Assembly: GCA_046563655.1 (NCBI GenBank)
Contig: JAJCTO010000015.1
Span: 186,001 to 232,747 of the forward strand
Source: Yuukianura sp. NJ FZ-2021
Taxonomy: Eukaryota
Direction: 5' to 3'
Length of the DNA stretch: 46,747 nt
Part shown: one piece after another, positions 1 through 12,400 of the stretch
Layout: every line of letters starts with the position of its first letter
How positions within the stretch are numbered: position 1 is the first letter of the stretch
Position numbers and translations under genes: made by a program
Notes under the pieces: generated by a model
Told to the model about the DNA's origin: nothing
The model's input: the letters and a program-made list of their open reading frames with translations, nothing else
Databases searched by the model: none

Positions 1-3000
1 TCTTACGATCAGGGTCTAATTTAGCCTTTGAAGGAATTTCTTGGAATGGGAAGTACACTTCAAGTTTTCCTCGGAATTCTCAGCCGTGACAGGCGACATG
101 AACAAAAGACGAATAAAGTTGTTAGGTCTCGACACCACCGGTAGCAAAGCGGATTTGGAAAGCAAATACTGTCCGTTGCACACTTTCACTCAATGATATC
201 GCTCACCAAAAACCATTAGCAGTCACGTCCTGTACATGCTGTTTGTATTGTGGCGTATACATTGACGTTCCTAAGCAATTTTTTTGAGTGAAACCCACAC
301 AGTCTACCGGTGGCAAGCGTATCTTCACCTGGATTCTAATCTGTCTGTAACTTTGCTCGTGAAAAAGAACAGTTGTTTGATTCAAAACTTTGTTCATAAG
401 TCTAACAGTGTTATTCTTACCATCAGGTTCTAATTTAGCCTTTGAAGGAATTTCTTGGAATGGGAAGAACACTTCAAGTTTTCCTAGGAATTCTTAGCCG
501 TGACAGGCGCTATGTACAAAAGACGAATAAAGTTGTTAGGTCTCGACACCACCGGTAGCAAAGCGGATTTCGAAAGCAAATACAGTCCGTTGCACACTTT
601 CACTCAATGATATCGGTCACCAAAAACCATTAGCAGTCACGTCCTGTACATGCTGTTTGTATTGAGGCGTATACATTGACGTTCCTAAGCAATTTTTTTG
701 AGTGAAACCCATACAGTCTACCGGTGGCAAGCGTATCTTCACCTGGATTCTAATCTGTCTGTAACTTTGCTCGTGAAAAAGAACAGTTGTTTGATTCAAA
801 ACTTTGTTCATAAGTCTAACAGTGTTATTCTTACCATCAGGTTCTAATTTAGCCTCTGAAGGAATTTCTTGGAATGGGAAGAACACTTCAAGTTTTCCTA
901 GGAATTCTTAGCCGTGACACGGCGACATGAACAAAAGACGAATATAGTTGTTAGGTCTCAACACCACCGGTAGCAAAGCGGATTACGAAGGCAAATACAG
1001 TCCATTGCACACTTTCACTCAATGATATCGGTCACCAAAAACCATTAGCAGTCACGTCCTGTACATGCTGTTTGTATTGAGGCGTATACATTGACGTTCC
1101 TAAGCAATTTTTTTGAGTGAAACCCATACAGTCTACCGGTGGCAAGCGTATCTTCACCTGGATTCTAATCTGTCTGTAACTTTGCTCGTGAAAAAGAACA
1201 GTTGTTTGATTCAAAACTTTGTTCATAAGTCTAACAGTTTTATTCTTACCATCAGGTTCTAATTTAGCCTTTGAAGGAATTTCTTGGAATGGGAAGTACA
1301 CTTCAAGTTTTCCTCGGAAATTCTCAGCCGTGACAGGCGACATGAACAAAAGACGAATAAAGTTGTTAGGTCTCGACACCACCGGTAGCAAAGCGGATTA
1401 CGAAGGCAAATACAGTCCATTGCACACTTTCACTCAATGATATCGGTCACCAAAAACCATTAGCAGTCACGTCCTGTACATGCTGTTTGTATTGAGGCGT
1501 ATACATTGACGTTCCTAAGCAATTTTTTTGAGTGAAACCCATACAGTCTACCGGTGGCAAGCGTATCTTCACCTGGATTCTAATCTGTCTGTAACTTTGC
1601 TCGTGAAAGAGAACCACTGTTTGATTCAAAACTTTGATCATAAAGTTTTATTCTTACGATCAGGGTCTAATTTAGCCTTTGAAGGAATTTCTTGGAATGG
1701 GAAGTACACTTCAAGTTTTCCTAGGAATTCTGAGCCGTGACAGGCGACATGAACAAAAGACGAATAAAGTTGTTAGGTCTCGAACACCACCGGTAGCAAA
1801 GCGGATTTGGAAAGCAAATACTGTCCGTTGCACACTTTCACTCAATGATATCGCTCACCAAAAACCATTAGCAGTCACGTCCTGTACATGCTGTTTGTAT
1901 TGTGGCGTATAAATTGACGTTCCTAAGCAATTTTTTTGAGTGAAACCCACACAGTCTACCGGTGGCAAGCGTATCTTCACCTGGATTCTAATCTGTCTGT
2001 AACTTTGCTCGTGAAAAAGAACAGTTGTTTGATTCAAAACTTTGTTCATAAGTCTAACAGTGTTATTCTTACCATCAGGTTCTAATTTAGCTTTGAAGGA
2101 ATTTCTTGGAATGGGAAGAACACTTCAAGTTTTCCTAGGAATTCTTAGCCGTGACAGGCGCTATGTACAAAAGACGAATAAAGTTGTTAGGTCTCGACAC
2201 CACCGGTAGCAAAGCGGATTTGGAAAGCAAATACTGTCCGTTGCACACTTTCACTCAATGATATCGGTCACCAAAAACCATTAGCAGTCACGTCCTGTAC
2301 ATGCTGTTTGTATTGAGGCGTATACATTGACGTTCCTAAGCAATTTTTTTGAGTGAAACCCATACAGTCTACCGGTGGCAAGCGTATCTTCACCTGGATT
2401 CTAATCTGTCTGTAACTTTGCTCGTGAAAAAGAACAGTTGTTTGATTCAAAACTTTGTTCATAAGTCTAACAGTGTTATTCTTACCATCAGGTTCTAATT
2501 TAGCCTTTGAAGGAATTTCTTGGAATGGGAAGAACACTTCAAGTTTTCCTAGGAATTCTCTTAGCCGTGACACGGCGACATGAACAAAAGACGAATATAG
2601 TTGTTAGGTCTCAACACCACCGGTAGCAAAGCGGATTACGAAGGCAAATACAGTCCATTGCACACTTTCACTCAATGATATCGGTCACCAAAAACCATTA
2701 GCAGTCACGTCCTGTACATGCTGTTTGTATTGAGGCGTATACATTGACGTTCCTAAGCAATTTTTTGAGTGAAACCCATACAGTCTACCGGTGGCAAGCG
2801 TATCTTCACCTGGATTCTAATCTGTCTGTAACTTTGCTCGTGAAAAAGAACAGTTGTTTGATTCAAAACTTTGTTCATAAGTCTAACAGTTTTATTCTTA
2901 CCATCAGGTTCTAATTTAGCCTTTGAAGGAATTTCTTGGAATAGGAAGTACACTTCAAGTTTTCCTCGGAATTCTCAGCCGTGACAGGCGACATGAACAA

Positions 3001-3255
3001 AAGACGAATAAAGTTGTTAGGTCTCGACACCACCGGTAGCAAAGCGGATTTGGAAAGCAAATACTGTCCGTTGCACACTTTCACTCAATGATATCGCTCA
3101 CCAAAAACCATTAGCAGTCACGTCCTGTACATGCTGTTTGTATTGAGGCGTATACATTGACGTTCCTAAGCAATTTTTTTGAGTGAAACCCACCCAGTCT
3201 ACCGGTGGCAAGCGTATCTTCACCTGGATTCTAATCTGTCTGTAACTTTGCTCGT
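1..3255. repeat. ~414-bp tandem satellite, ~7.9 copies, with ~1651-bp 4-mer higher-order structure
   Basis: Equivalent positions recur at 203, 617, 1032, 1447, 1855 and 2268. Diagnostic variants recur ~1651 bp apart (tcttacgatcagggtc at 1 and 1652; ggcgctatgtac at ~507 and ~2158). The array is cut by the window start and the N gap. Confidence 0.97.
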
Positions 3256-3355
3256 NNNNNNNNNNNNNNNNNNNNNNNNNNNNNNNNNNNNNNNNNNNNN
3301 NNNNNNNNNNNNNNNNNNNNNNNNNNNNNNNNNNNNNNNNNNNNNNNNNNNNNNN
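3256..3355. other. Assembly gap (100 N)
   Basis: Run of N; sequence class changes across it. Confidence 0.99.
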
Positions 3356-6300
3356 TTTTCCTACTAAACTTTTAACTTTTTGGAATTTGGAATTATGCTA
3401 TTTAGAAAGAGTGATTTTCCTACTAAACTTTTAACTTTTTGGAATTTGGAATTATGCTATTTAGAAAGAGTGATTTTCCTACTAAACTTTTAACTTTTTG
3501 GAATTTGGAATTATGCTATTTAGAAAGAGTGATTTTCCTACTAAACTTTTAACTTTTTGGAATTTGGAATTATGCTATTTAGAAAGAGTGATTTTCCTAC
3601 TAAACTTTTAACTTTTTGGAATTTGGAATTATGTCATTTAGAAAGAGTGATTTTCCTACTAAACTTTTAACTTTTTGGAATTTGGAATTATGCTATTTAG
3701 AAAGAGTGATTTTCCTACTAAACTTTTAACTTTTTGGAATTTTTAATTATGTCATTTAGAAAGAGTGATTTTCCTACTAAACTTTTAACTTTTTGGAATT
3801 TGGAATTATGTCATTTAGAAAGAATGATTTTCCTACTAAACTTTTAACTTTTTGGAATTTGGAATTATGCTATTTAGAAAGAGTGATTTTCCTACTAAAC
3901 TTTTAACTTTTTGGAATTTGGAATTATGCTATTTAGAAAGAGTGATTTTCCTACTAAACTTTTAACTTTTTGGAATTTGGAATTATGCTGTTTAGAAGGA
4001 GTGATTTTCCTACTAAACTTTTAACTTTTTGGAATTTGGAATTATGCTGTTTAGAAGGAGTGATTTTCCTACTAAACTTTTAACTTTTTGGAATTTGGAA
4101 TTATGCTATTTAGAAAGAGTGATTTTCCTACTAAACTTTTAACTTTTTGGAATTTGGAATTATGCTATTTAGAAAGAGTGATTTTCCTACTAAACTTTTA
4201 ACTTTTTGGAATTTGGAATTATGCTATTTAGAAAGAGTGATTTTCCTACTAAACTTTTAACTTTTTGGAATTTGGAATTATGCTATTTAGAAAGAGTGAT
4301 TTTCCTACTAAACTTTTAACTTTTTGGAATTTGGAATTATGTCATTTAGAAAGAGTGATTTTCCTACTAAACTTTTAACTTTTTGGAATTTGGAATTATG
4401 TCATTTAGAAAGATTGATTTTCCTACTAAACTTTTAACTTTTTGGAATTTGGAATTATGTCATTTAGAAAGAGTGATTTTCCTACTAAACTTTTAACTTT
4501 TTGGAATTTGGAATTATGCTGTTTAGGAGTGATTTTCCTACCAAACTTTTAACTTTTTGGAATTTGGAATTATGCTATTTAGAAAGAGTGATTTTCCTAC
4601 TAAACTTTTAACTTTTTGGAATTTGGAATTATGCTGTTTAGAAGGAGTGATTTTCCTACTAAACTTTTAACTTTTTGGAATTTGGAATTATGTCATTTAG
4701 AAAGAGTGATTTTCCTACTAAACTTTTAACTTTTTGGAATTTGGAATTATGCTATTTAGAAAGAGTGATTTTCCTACTAAACTTTTAACTTTTTGGAATT
4801 TGGAATTATGCTATTTAGAAGGAGTGATTTTCCTACTAAACTTTTAACTTTTTGGAATTTGGAATTATGCTGTTTAGAAGGAGTGATTTTCCTACTAAAC
4901 TTTTAACTTTTTGGAATTTGGAATTATGTCATTTAGAAAGAGTGATTTTCCTACTAAACTTTTAACTTTTTGGAATTTGGAATTATGTCATTTAGAGAGA
5001 GTGATTTTCCTACTAAACTTTTAACTTTTTGGAATTTGGAATTATGTCATTTAGAAAGAGTGATTTTCCTACTAAACTTTTAACTTTTTGGAATTTGGAA
5101 TTATGCTATTTAGAAAGAGTGATTTTCCTACTAAACTTTTAACTTTTTGGAATTTGGAATTATGTCATTTAGAAAGAGTGATTTTCCTACTAAACTTTTA
5201 ACTTTTTGGAATTTGGAATTATGTCATTTAGAGAGAGTGATTTTCCTACTAAACTTTTAACTTTTTGGAATTTGGAATTATGCTATTTAGAAAGAGTGAT
5301 TTTCCTACTAAACTTTTAACTTTTTGGAATTTGGAATTATGCTATTTAGAAAGAGTGATTTTCCTACTAAACTTTTAACTTTTTGGAATTTGGAATTATG
5401 CTGTTTAGAAGGAGTGATTTTCCTACTAAACTTTTAACTTTTTGGAATTTGGAATTATGCTATTTAGAAAGAGTGATTTTCCTACTAAACTTTTAACTTT
5501 TTGGAATTTGGAATTATGTCATTTAGAAAGAGTGATTTTCCTACTAAACTTTTAACTTTTTGGAATTTGGAATTATGCTATTTAGAAAGAGTGATTTTCC
5601 TACTAAACTTTTAACTTTTTGGAATTTGGAATTATGTCATTTAGAAAGAGTGATTTTCCTACTAAACTTTTAACTTTTTGGAATTTGGAATTATGTCATT
5701 TAGAAAGAGTGATTTTCCTACTAAACTTTTAACTTTTTGGAATTTGGAATTATGTCATTTAGAAAGAGTGATTTTCCTACTAAACTTTTAACTTTTTGGA
5801 ATTTGGAATTATGCTGTTTAGAAGGAGTGATTTTCCTACTAAACTTTTAACTTTTTGGAATTTGGAATTATGCTATTTAGAAAGAGTGATTTTCCTACTA
5901 AACTTTTAACTTTTTGGAATTTGGAATTATGTCATTTAGAAAGAGTGATTTTCCTACTAAACTTTTAACTTTTTGGAATTTGGAATTATGCTGTTTAGAA
6001 GGAGTGATTTTCCTACTAAACTTTTAACTTTTTGGAATTTGGAATTATGTCATTTAGAAAGAGTGATTTTCCTACTAAACTTTTAACTTTTTGGAATTTG
6101 GAATTATGCTGTTTAGAAGGAGTGATTTTCCTACTAAACTTTTAACTTTTTGGAATTTGGAATTATGCTATTTAGAAAGAGTGATTTTCCTACTAAACTT
6201 TTAACTTTTTGGAATTTGGAATTATGTCATTTAGAAAGAGTGATTTTCCTACTAAACTTTTAACTTTTTGGAATTTGGAATTATGCTATTTAGAAAGAGT

Positions 6301-8952
6301 GATTTTCCTACTAAACTTTTAACTTTTTGGAATTTGGAATTATGCTATTTAGAAAGAGTGATTTTCCTACTAAACTTTTAACTTTTTGGAATTTGGAATT
6401 ATGCTATTTAGAAAGAGTGATTTTCCTACTAAACTTTTAACTTTTTGGAATTTGGAATTATGCTATTTAGAAAGAGTGATTTTCCTACTAAACTTTTAAC
6501 TTTTTGGAATTTGGAATTATGTCATTTAGAAAGAGTGATTTTCCTACTAAACTTTTAACTTTTTGGAATTTGGAATTATGCTATTTAGAAAGAGTGATTT
6601 TCCTACTAAACTTTTAACTTTTTGGAATTTGGAATTATGCTATTTAGAAAGAGTGATTTTCCTACTAAACTTTTAACTTTTTGGAATTTGGAATTATGCT
6701 ATTTAGAAAGAGTGATTTTCCTACTAAACTTTTAACTTTTTGGAATTTGGAATTATGCTATTTAGAAAGAGTGATTTTCCTACTAAACTTTTAACTTTTT
6801 GGAATTTTGAATTATGCTGTTTAGAAGGAGTGATTTTCCTACTAAACTTTTAACTTTTTGGAATTTGGAATTATGCTATTTAGAAGGAGTGATTTTCCTA
6901 CTAAACTTTTAACTTTTTGGAATTTGGAATTATGCTGTTTAGAGAGAGTGATTTTCCTACTAAACTTTTAACTTTTTGGAATTTGGAATTATGCTGTTTA
7001 GAAAGAGTGATTTTCCTACTAAACTTTTAACTTTTTGGAATTTGGAATTATGCTGTTTAGAAGGAGTGATTTTCCTACTAAACTTTTAACTTTTTGGAAT
7101 TTGGAATTATGTCATTTAGAAAGAGTGATTTTCCTACTACACTTTTAACTTTTTGGAATTTGGAATTATGCTATTTAGAAAGAGTGATTTTCCTACTAAA
7201 CTTTTAACTTTTTGGAATTTGGAATTATGTCATTTAGAAAGAATGATTTTCCTACTAAACTTTTAACTTTTTGGAATTTGGAATTATGCTATTTAGAAAG
7301 AGTGATTTTCCTACTAAACTTTTAACTTTTTGGAATTTGGAATTATGCTATTTAGAAAGAGTGATTTTCCTACTAAACTTTTAACTTTTTGGAATTTGCA
7401 ATTATGCTATTTAGAAAGAGTGATTTTCCTACTAAACTTTTAACTTTTTGGAATTTGGAATTATGCTATTTAGAAAGAGTGATTTTCCTACTAAACTTTT
7501 AACTTTTTGGAATTTGGAATTATGCTATTTAGAAAGAGTGATTTTCCTACTAAACTTTTAACTTTTTGTAATTTGGAATTATGCTATTTAGAAAGAGTGA
7601 TTTTCCTACTAAACTTTTAACTTTTTGGAATTTGGAATTATGCTGTTTAGAAAGAATGATTTTCCTACTAAACTTTTAACTTTTTGGAATTTGGAATTAT
7701 GCTATTTAGAAAGAGTGATTTTCCTACTAAACTTTTAACTTTTTGGAATTTGGAATTATGCTGTTTAGAAAGAGTGATTTTCCTACTAAACTTTTAACTT
7801 TTTGGAATTTTGAATTATGTCATTTAGAAGGAGTGATTTTCCTACTAAACTTTTAACTTTTTGGAAATTGGAATTATGCTATTTAGAAAGAGCGATTTTC
7901 CTACTAAACTTTTAACTTTTTGGAATTTTGAATTATGCTATTTAGAAAGAGCGATTTTCCTACTAAACTTTTAACTTTTTGGAATTTGGAATTATGTCAT
8001 TTAGAAAGAGTGATTTTCCTACTAAACTTTTAACTTTTTGGAATTTGGAATTATGCTATTTAGAAAGAGTGATTTTCCTACTAAACTTTTAACTTTTTGG
8101 AATTTGGAATTATGCTGTTTAGAAAGAGTGATTTTCCTACTAAACTTTTAACTTTTTGGAATTTGGAATTATGCTGTTTAGAAAGAGTGATTTTCCTACT
8201 AAACTTTTAACTTTTTGGAATTTGGAATTATGCTGTTTAGAAAGAGTGATTTTCCTACTAAACTTTTAACTTTTTGGAATTTGGAATTATGCTGTTTAGA
8301 AGGAGTGATTTTCCTACTAAACTTTTAACTTTTTGGAATTTGGAATTATGTCATTTAGAAAGAGTGATTTTCCTACTAAACTTTTAACTTTTTGGAATTT
8401 GGAATTATGCTATTTAGAAAGAGTGATTTTCCTACTAAACTTTTAACTTTTTGGAATTTGGAATTATGCTGTTTAGAAGGAGTGATTTTCCTACTAAACT
8501 TTTAACTTTTTGGAATTTGGAATTATGCTATTTAGAAAGAATGATTTTCCTACTACACTTTTAACTTTTTGGAATTTGGAATTATGCTATTTAGAAAGAG
8601 TGATTTTCCTACTACACTTTTAACTTTTTGGAATTTGGAATTATGTCATTTAGAAAGAATGATTTTCCTACTACACTTTTAACTTTTTGGAATTTGGAAT
8701 TATGCTATTTAGAAAGAGTGATTTTCCTACTAAACTTTTAACTTTTTGGAATTTGGAATTATGCTATTTAGAAAGAGTGATTTTCCTACTAAACTTTTAA
8801 CTTTTTGGAATTTGGAATTATGCTATTTAGAAAGAGTGATTTTCCTACTAAACTTTTAACTTTTTGGAATTTGGAATTATGCTATTTAGAAAGAGTGATT
8901 TTCCTACTACACTTTTAACTTTTTGGAATTTGGAATTATGCTATTTAGAAAG
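3356..8952 (+). repeat. 59-bp satellite array, block 1 (~95 copies)
   Basis: Unit TTTTCCTACTAAACTTTTAACTTTTTGGAATTTGGAATTATGCTATTTAGAAAGAGTGA repeated head-to-tail. Confidence 0.99.
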
Positions 8953-9261
8953 TGTTAAATCCTTAATCTCTCCCCGAGAAGAAGTGATTTTCGTTCGTTG
9001 GACCGAAGCAGTCACGAGAATTGATTTTGAAACATTTATTTTACTTATTCTGAAAATTTAACCAATTGACCAAATTCCTTTTTCTTTTCTTAATATCCAC
9101 AATCCTACTAAAAATCTTAACACACAAAATTCCAATTCAAAGACACGCCAGGAAAAAACGCCATTTCAAATCGAGCGCCTCTTTCTCAAAAATAACAAAA
9201 CAAATCTGGCGCTGGTTTTTAACTTAAAATCAATAATTAAAATTAACCTTAATTTCTAACA
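8953..9261 (-). repeat. 3' LTR
   Basis: Reads tgttaaatcc...ttctaaca on +; no differences from 14953-15261 seen by eye. Confidence 0.96.
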
Positions 9262-9277
9262 CATTCCCACCTTCTTT
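9262..9277 (-). promoter_or_regulatory. Polypurine tract (PPT)
   Basis: Minus strand AAAGAAGGTGGGAATG lies immediately 5' of the 3' LTR. Confidence 0.85.
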
Positions 9278-9354
9278 GGCTGGGAAGTCAAAGAAAACAA
9301 CAAACCCAAACGTTAACTTTAAACTTAAAATTAAATTTAGGTCGATCAGAAAAT

Positions 9355-9491
9355 CTTAAAACTAGTATTTAGGATGAACTGAAAACTTAAAACTAGTATT
9401 TAGGATGAACTGAAAACTTAAAACTAGTATTTAGGACGAACTGAAAACTTAAAACTAGTATTTAGGACGAACTCAAAAAAGCTTAAAACTA
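9355..9491. repeat. 31-bp tandem repeat (4 copies plus a partial) in the retrotransposon 3' UTR
   Basis: CTTAAAACTAGTATTTAGGAYGAACTGAAAA starts at 9355, 9386, 9417 and 9448, with a partial at 9482. Confidence 0.93.
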
Positions 9492-12400
9492 TCAGTAGTC
9501 GCAGTACCTTACGGGCTTACGAACAGTGCGTCCACTTCGAGTAGTCGTTATCACTGGTTGCTCCGGATCTTCTGTTTCGACGTCTTCCTCTTCATCCGAG
9601 TCTTGAGCAGCCATTTCCAGTTCCAAGTCAAGGGAAAGTTCACCAGTCGGGTAGTCTCGGTCAAATTCCAACGGAAAAAGTCTCTGTAGTGGGCGAACCA
9701 AAATCCCATTCTTCGTCCGCAATTTGGCCACCCGATGAACCCCATCTTTTCCACTGATCAATTCTTCAATTATCCCCATTGGCCAAAGGATCCGCTTAAC
9801 GTCCTCTCTGCCAATCAGGACGCAGTCACCAACGACAAATTCTCTGGTTTTCTGTTTTCCTCGTTGCACAAGAAGTCCCAAGTACTCCTTACGAAAACGT
9901 TGTCGTAACTCCTCCAACATTTTGTCCAGCCTCTTGCTCTTCCTGTTGAAATCAGAACCGGTTACAATTTGAGATTCTGGAACCTCACTTACCGGAAGAT
10001 TGTGAATAAACATGGCTGGTGTTAGGGGGATCAAATCTTGTACATCTTCCGTTACGAAAGTCAGCGGCCTGTGGTTGATGGTGTCCTCTACTTCACACAA
10101 GCAGGTCTCGAGCTCAACTTTGTTCAACTTCCGGAACCCGAGCATCCTCTTGAGTAGGTCCTTGAGCGACCGAATAAGTCGCTCCCACCATCCACCCCAC
10201 CAAGGTGCTGCCGGTGGATTGAAGATCCACTGAATTTGCTGTTCCTTTGTCCTTTGCTCCACCTCCGCCCAGTCAATTTGCTTGAAGAGATTAACGGCAC
10301 CATGAAAATTAGTACCGTTGTCACTGTAGACTGTACTAGGCCGGGTCTTCCTTTTGCAAAAACGGATGAAGGCAAGAACAAAATCATTTGTCGACAAACT
10401 GTCCACCAGTTCCAAGTGAACTGCACGATACACAGCGCATGTGAAGATGACGATCCAGACGTTACTCTTGGCCTTCAGAAGTAACGGACCGGCCAAATCC
10501 ACTCCTGTAACACTAAATGCGCATGTGTCCTTGACTCGATTTTCTGGTAGAGGTGCAGACGGTACATCAAAGTTCTTGGAAGTGAAACGTTGACACTTAA
10601 CACACTTCTTTAGCACTTTCTTCACAGTTTGTCGCCCTTTCAAAATCCAGAATTTTTCGCGAAGAGAACACAAAACGAACTGCACTCCAGCATGACAGTT
10701 GATCTTGTGCCAGTCCATAATCAATTGTTCTGTGAGTGGATGAGAGCTCGGCACGAGGATCGGGCAACGAAAATCTTCTGTGTCTTGTCGATTTAAAATC
10801 TTCGTCCGTACTCGTACTAACCCCAGTTCATCCCGCTCAACTTTGATTCCGTCAATCAGTCTGACATCACTTGAGAACGATTCTGATTGAACAAGTTTCC
10901 ATATTTCTTGCTCGGACCTCTGAGTCTCCCAGGCTGACGGTACTCGACTATTTTCAGAACTTCTTTTCCACAACTTGTCGACGAACCTGAGAGCATAGGC
11001 GAAAACACGTAAATTTCCGAAATAGGAATTTTTAGGAGTATACCACACTGGTACTGAAGAGTTGACTGCCAGTGTAACGGTCGATCTTCTCTTCTCCCGT
11101 CCAACTTCATCTTCATCAGCATGTGGTTCTGCACTTGGCCATTCACTTTCTTTCAATTTCAGCCACGACGGCCCTTCCCACCAGAATTTCATCTCCTTGA
11201 ACTTCTTCGGAGTGACTCCTCTGGATGGTAGATCTGCCGGGTTCAGTAGGCCTGGAACGTGATGCCAAGTCGAAACTTCAGTTAGGCTTACAATTTCTCT
11301 TACGCGATTTCCCACAAATGTCCCCCACTCGTCACTACGCCTAATCCATTGTAGCGCTGTAGTCGAGTCTGTCCAGTAGCGGATGGGAATCTTCTCCATG
11401 TCCAACGCCCCCTTCACAGAATTGGCAAGACGAGCAGCAATGGCGCATGAGAGTAGTTCCAAACGAGGAATAGTCGTCTTCTTCAATGGAGCAACTCGGG
11501 ACTTTGCTTGAATTAGGCTAACTTCCACCCCGTTGGTCGTTTCCACCCGAAGATACACGACAGCCGCGTAAGCGTGTTGACTTGCGTCAGAAAAGACATG
11601 GAGCTGAAATTCTCCTTTGTCGTCGGCTGATCCAGTGCACTTCCTCGGGAGTCTGAATGTTTCGAGAACTGGCAACAATTCTTCCCACCATGCGCAAAAT
11701 TCTGTTTTTGCCTCTTCATTCACCTCGTCCTCCCACTTTCGATTTTCAATCCATGACCTTTGTAGTAGGAGCTTCGGCAAAATCATGACAGGTGCCAAGA
11801 ATCCCAGTGGATCAAAGACCTGTTGAATTCTAGAAAGAACAATTCTTTTAGTAACTTGCAATAAACATTCGTCTTTCAACGGAGCACAAAACAAAGTGTC
11901 TGCTCTCTTGTCCCACTTTAGGCCAAGAACACTTGCCACTCCACTGTCACCCGTAGATTCCCATTGGGTCAAGTCCATCTTTGCTGTTGCCAAAAGTTTC
12001 GTGGCTTCTGCTCTGAACTTTTTGTAGCATTCGACTGAGTCCAAAGACACAACACAATTATCGACATAGAGAGACTTCTGTAATTCCCTCACAATGTCCA
12101 AATGCTGTGACTCCTGTTGAGACAAATGAAAATTAATCACAGCACTTAGCAAAAATGGAGAACTGTTCACTCCAAATACGACACGATTGTGGCGAAAAAC
12201 AGTCATTTTTTCATTTCCTGGATCTTCCCACCATAGGAAACGGAGAGAATCTCGATCTTGCTCCTGTACTTCAATTTGAAGGAAGGCCTTACGAATGTCG
12301 GAGATAACACCAACGTTCTTCATCCGGAATCGTAGAAGGATCGCCGGAATGACTTCTAACAAGTTGGGTCCCTTTTCCAAACACTCGTTCAGTGACGGGG

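Noticed and set aside
203..3367. Repeated 60-119-aa ORFs in the 414-bp satellite
   Set aside because: They have no recognisable domain, and starts and frames differ between copies because of indels.
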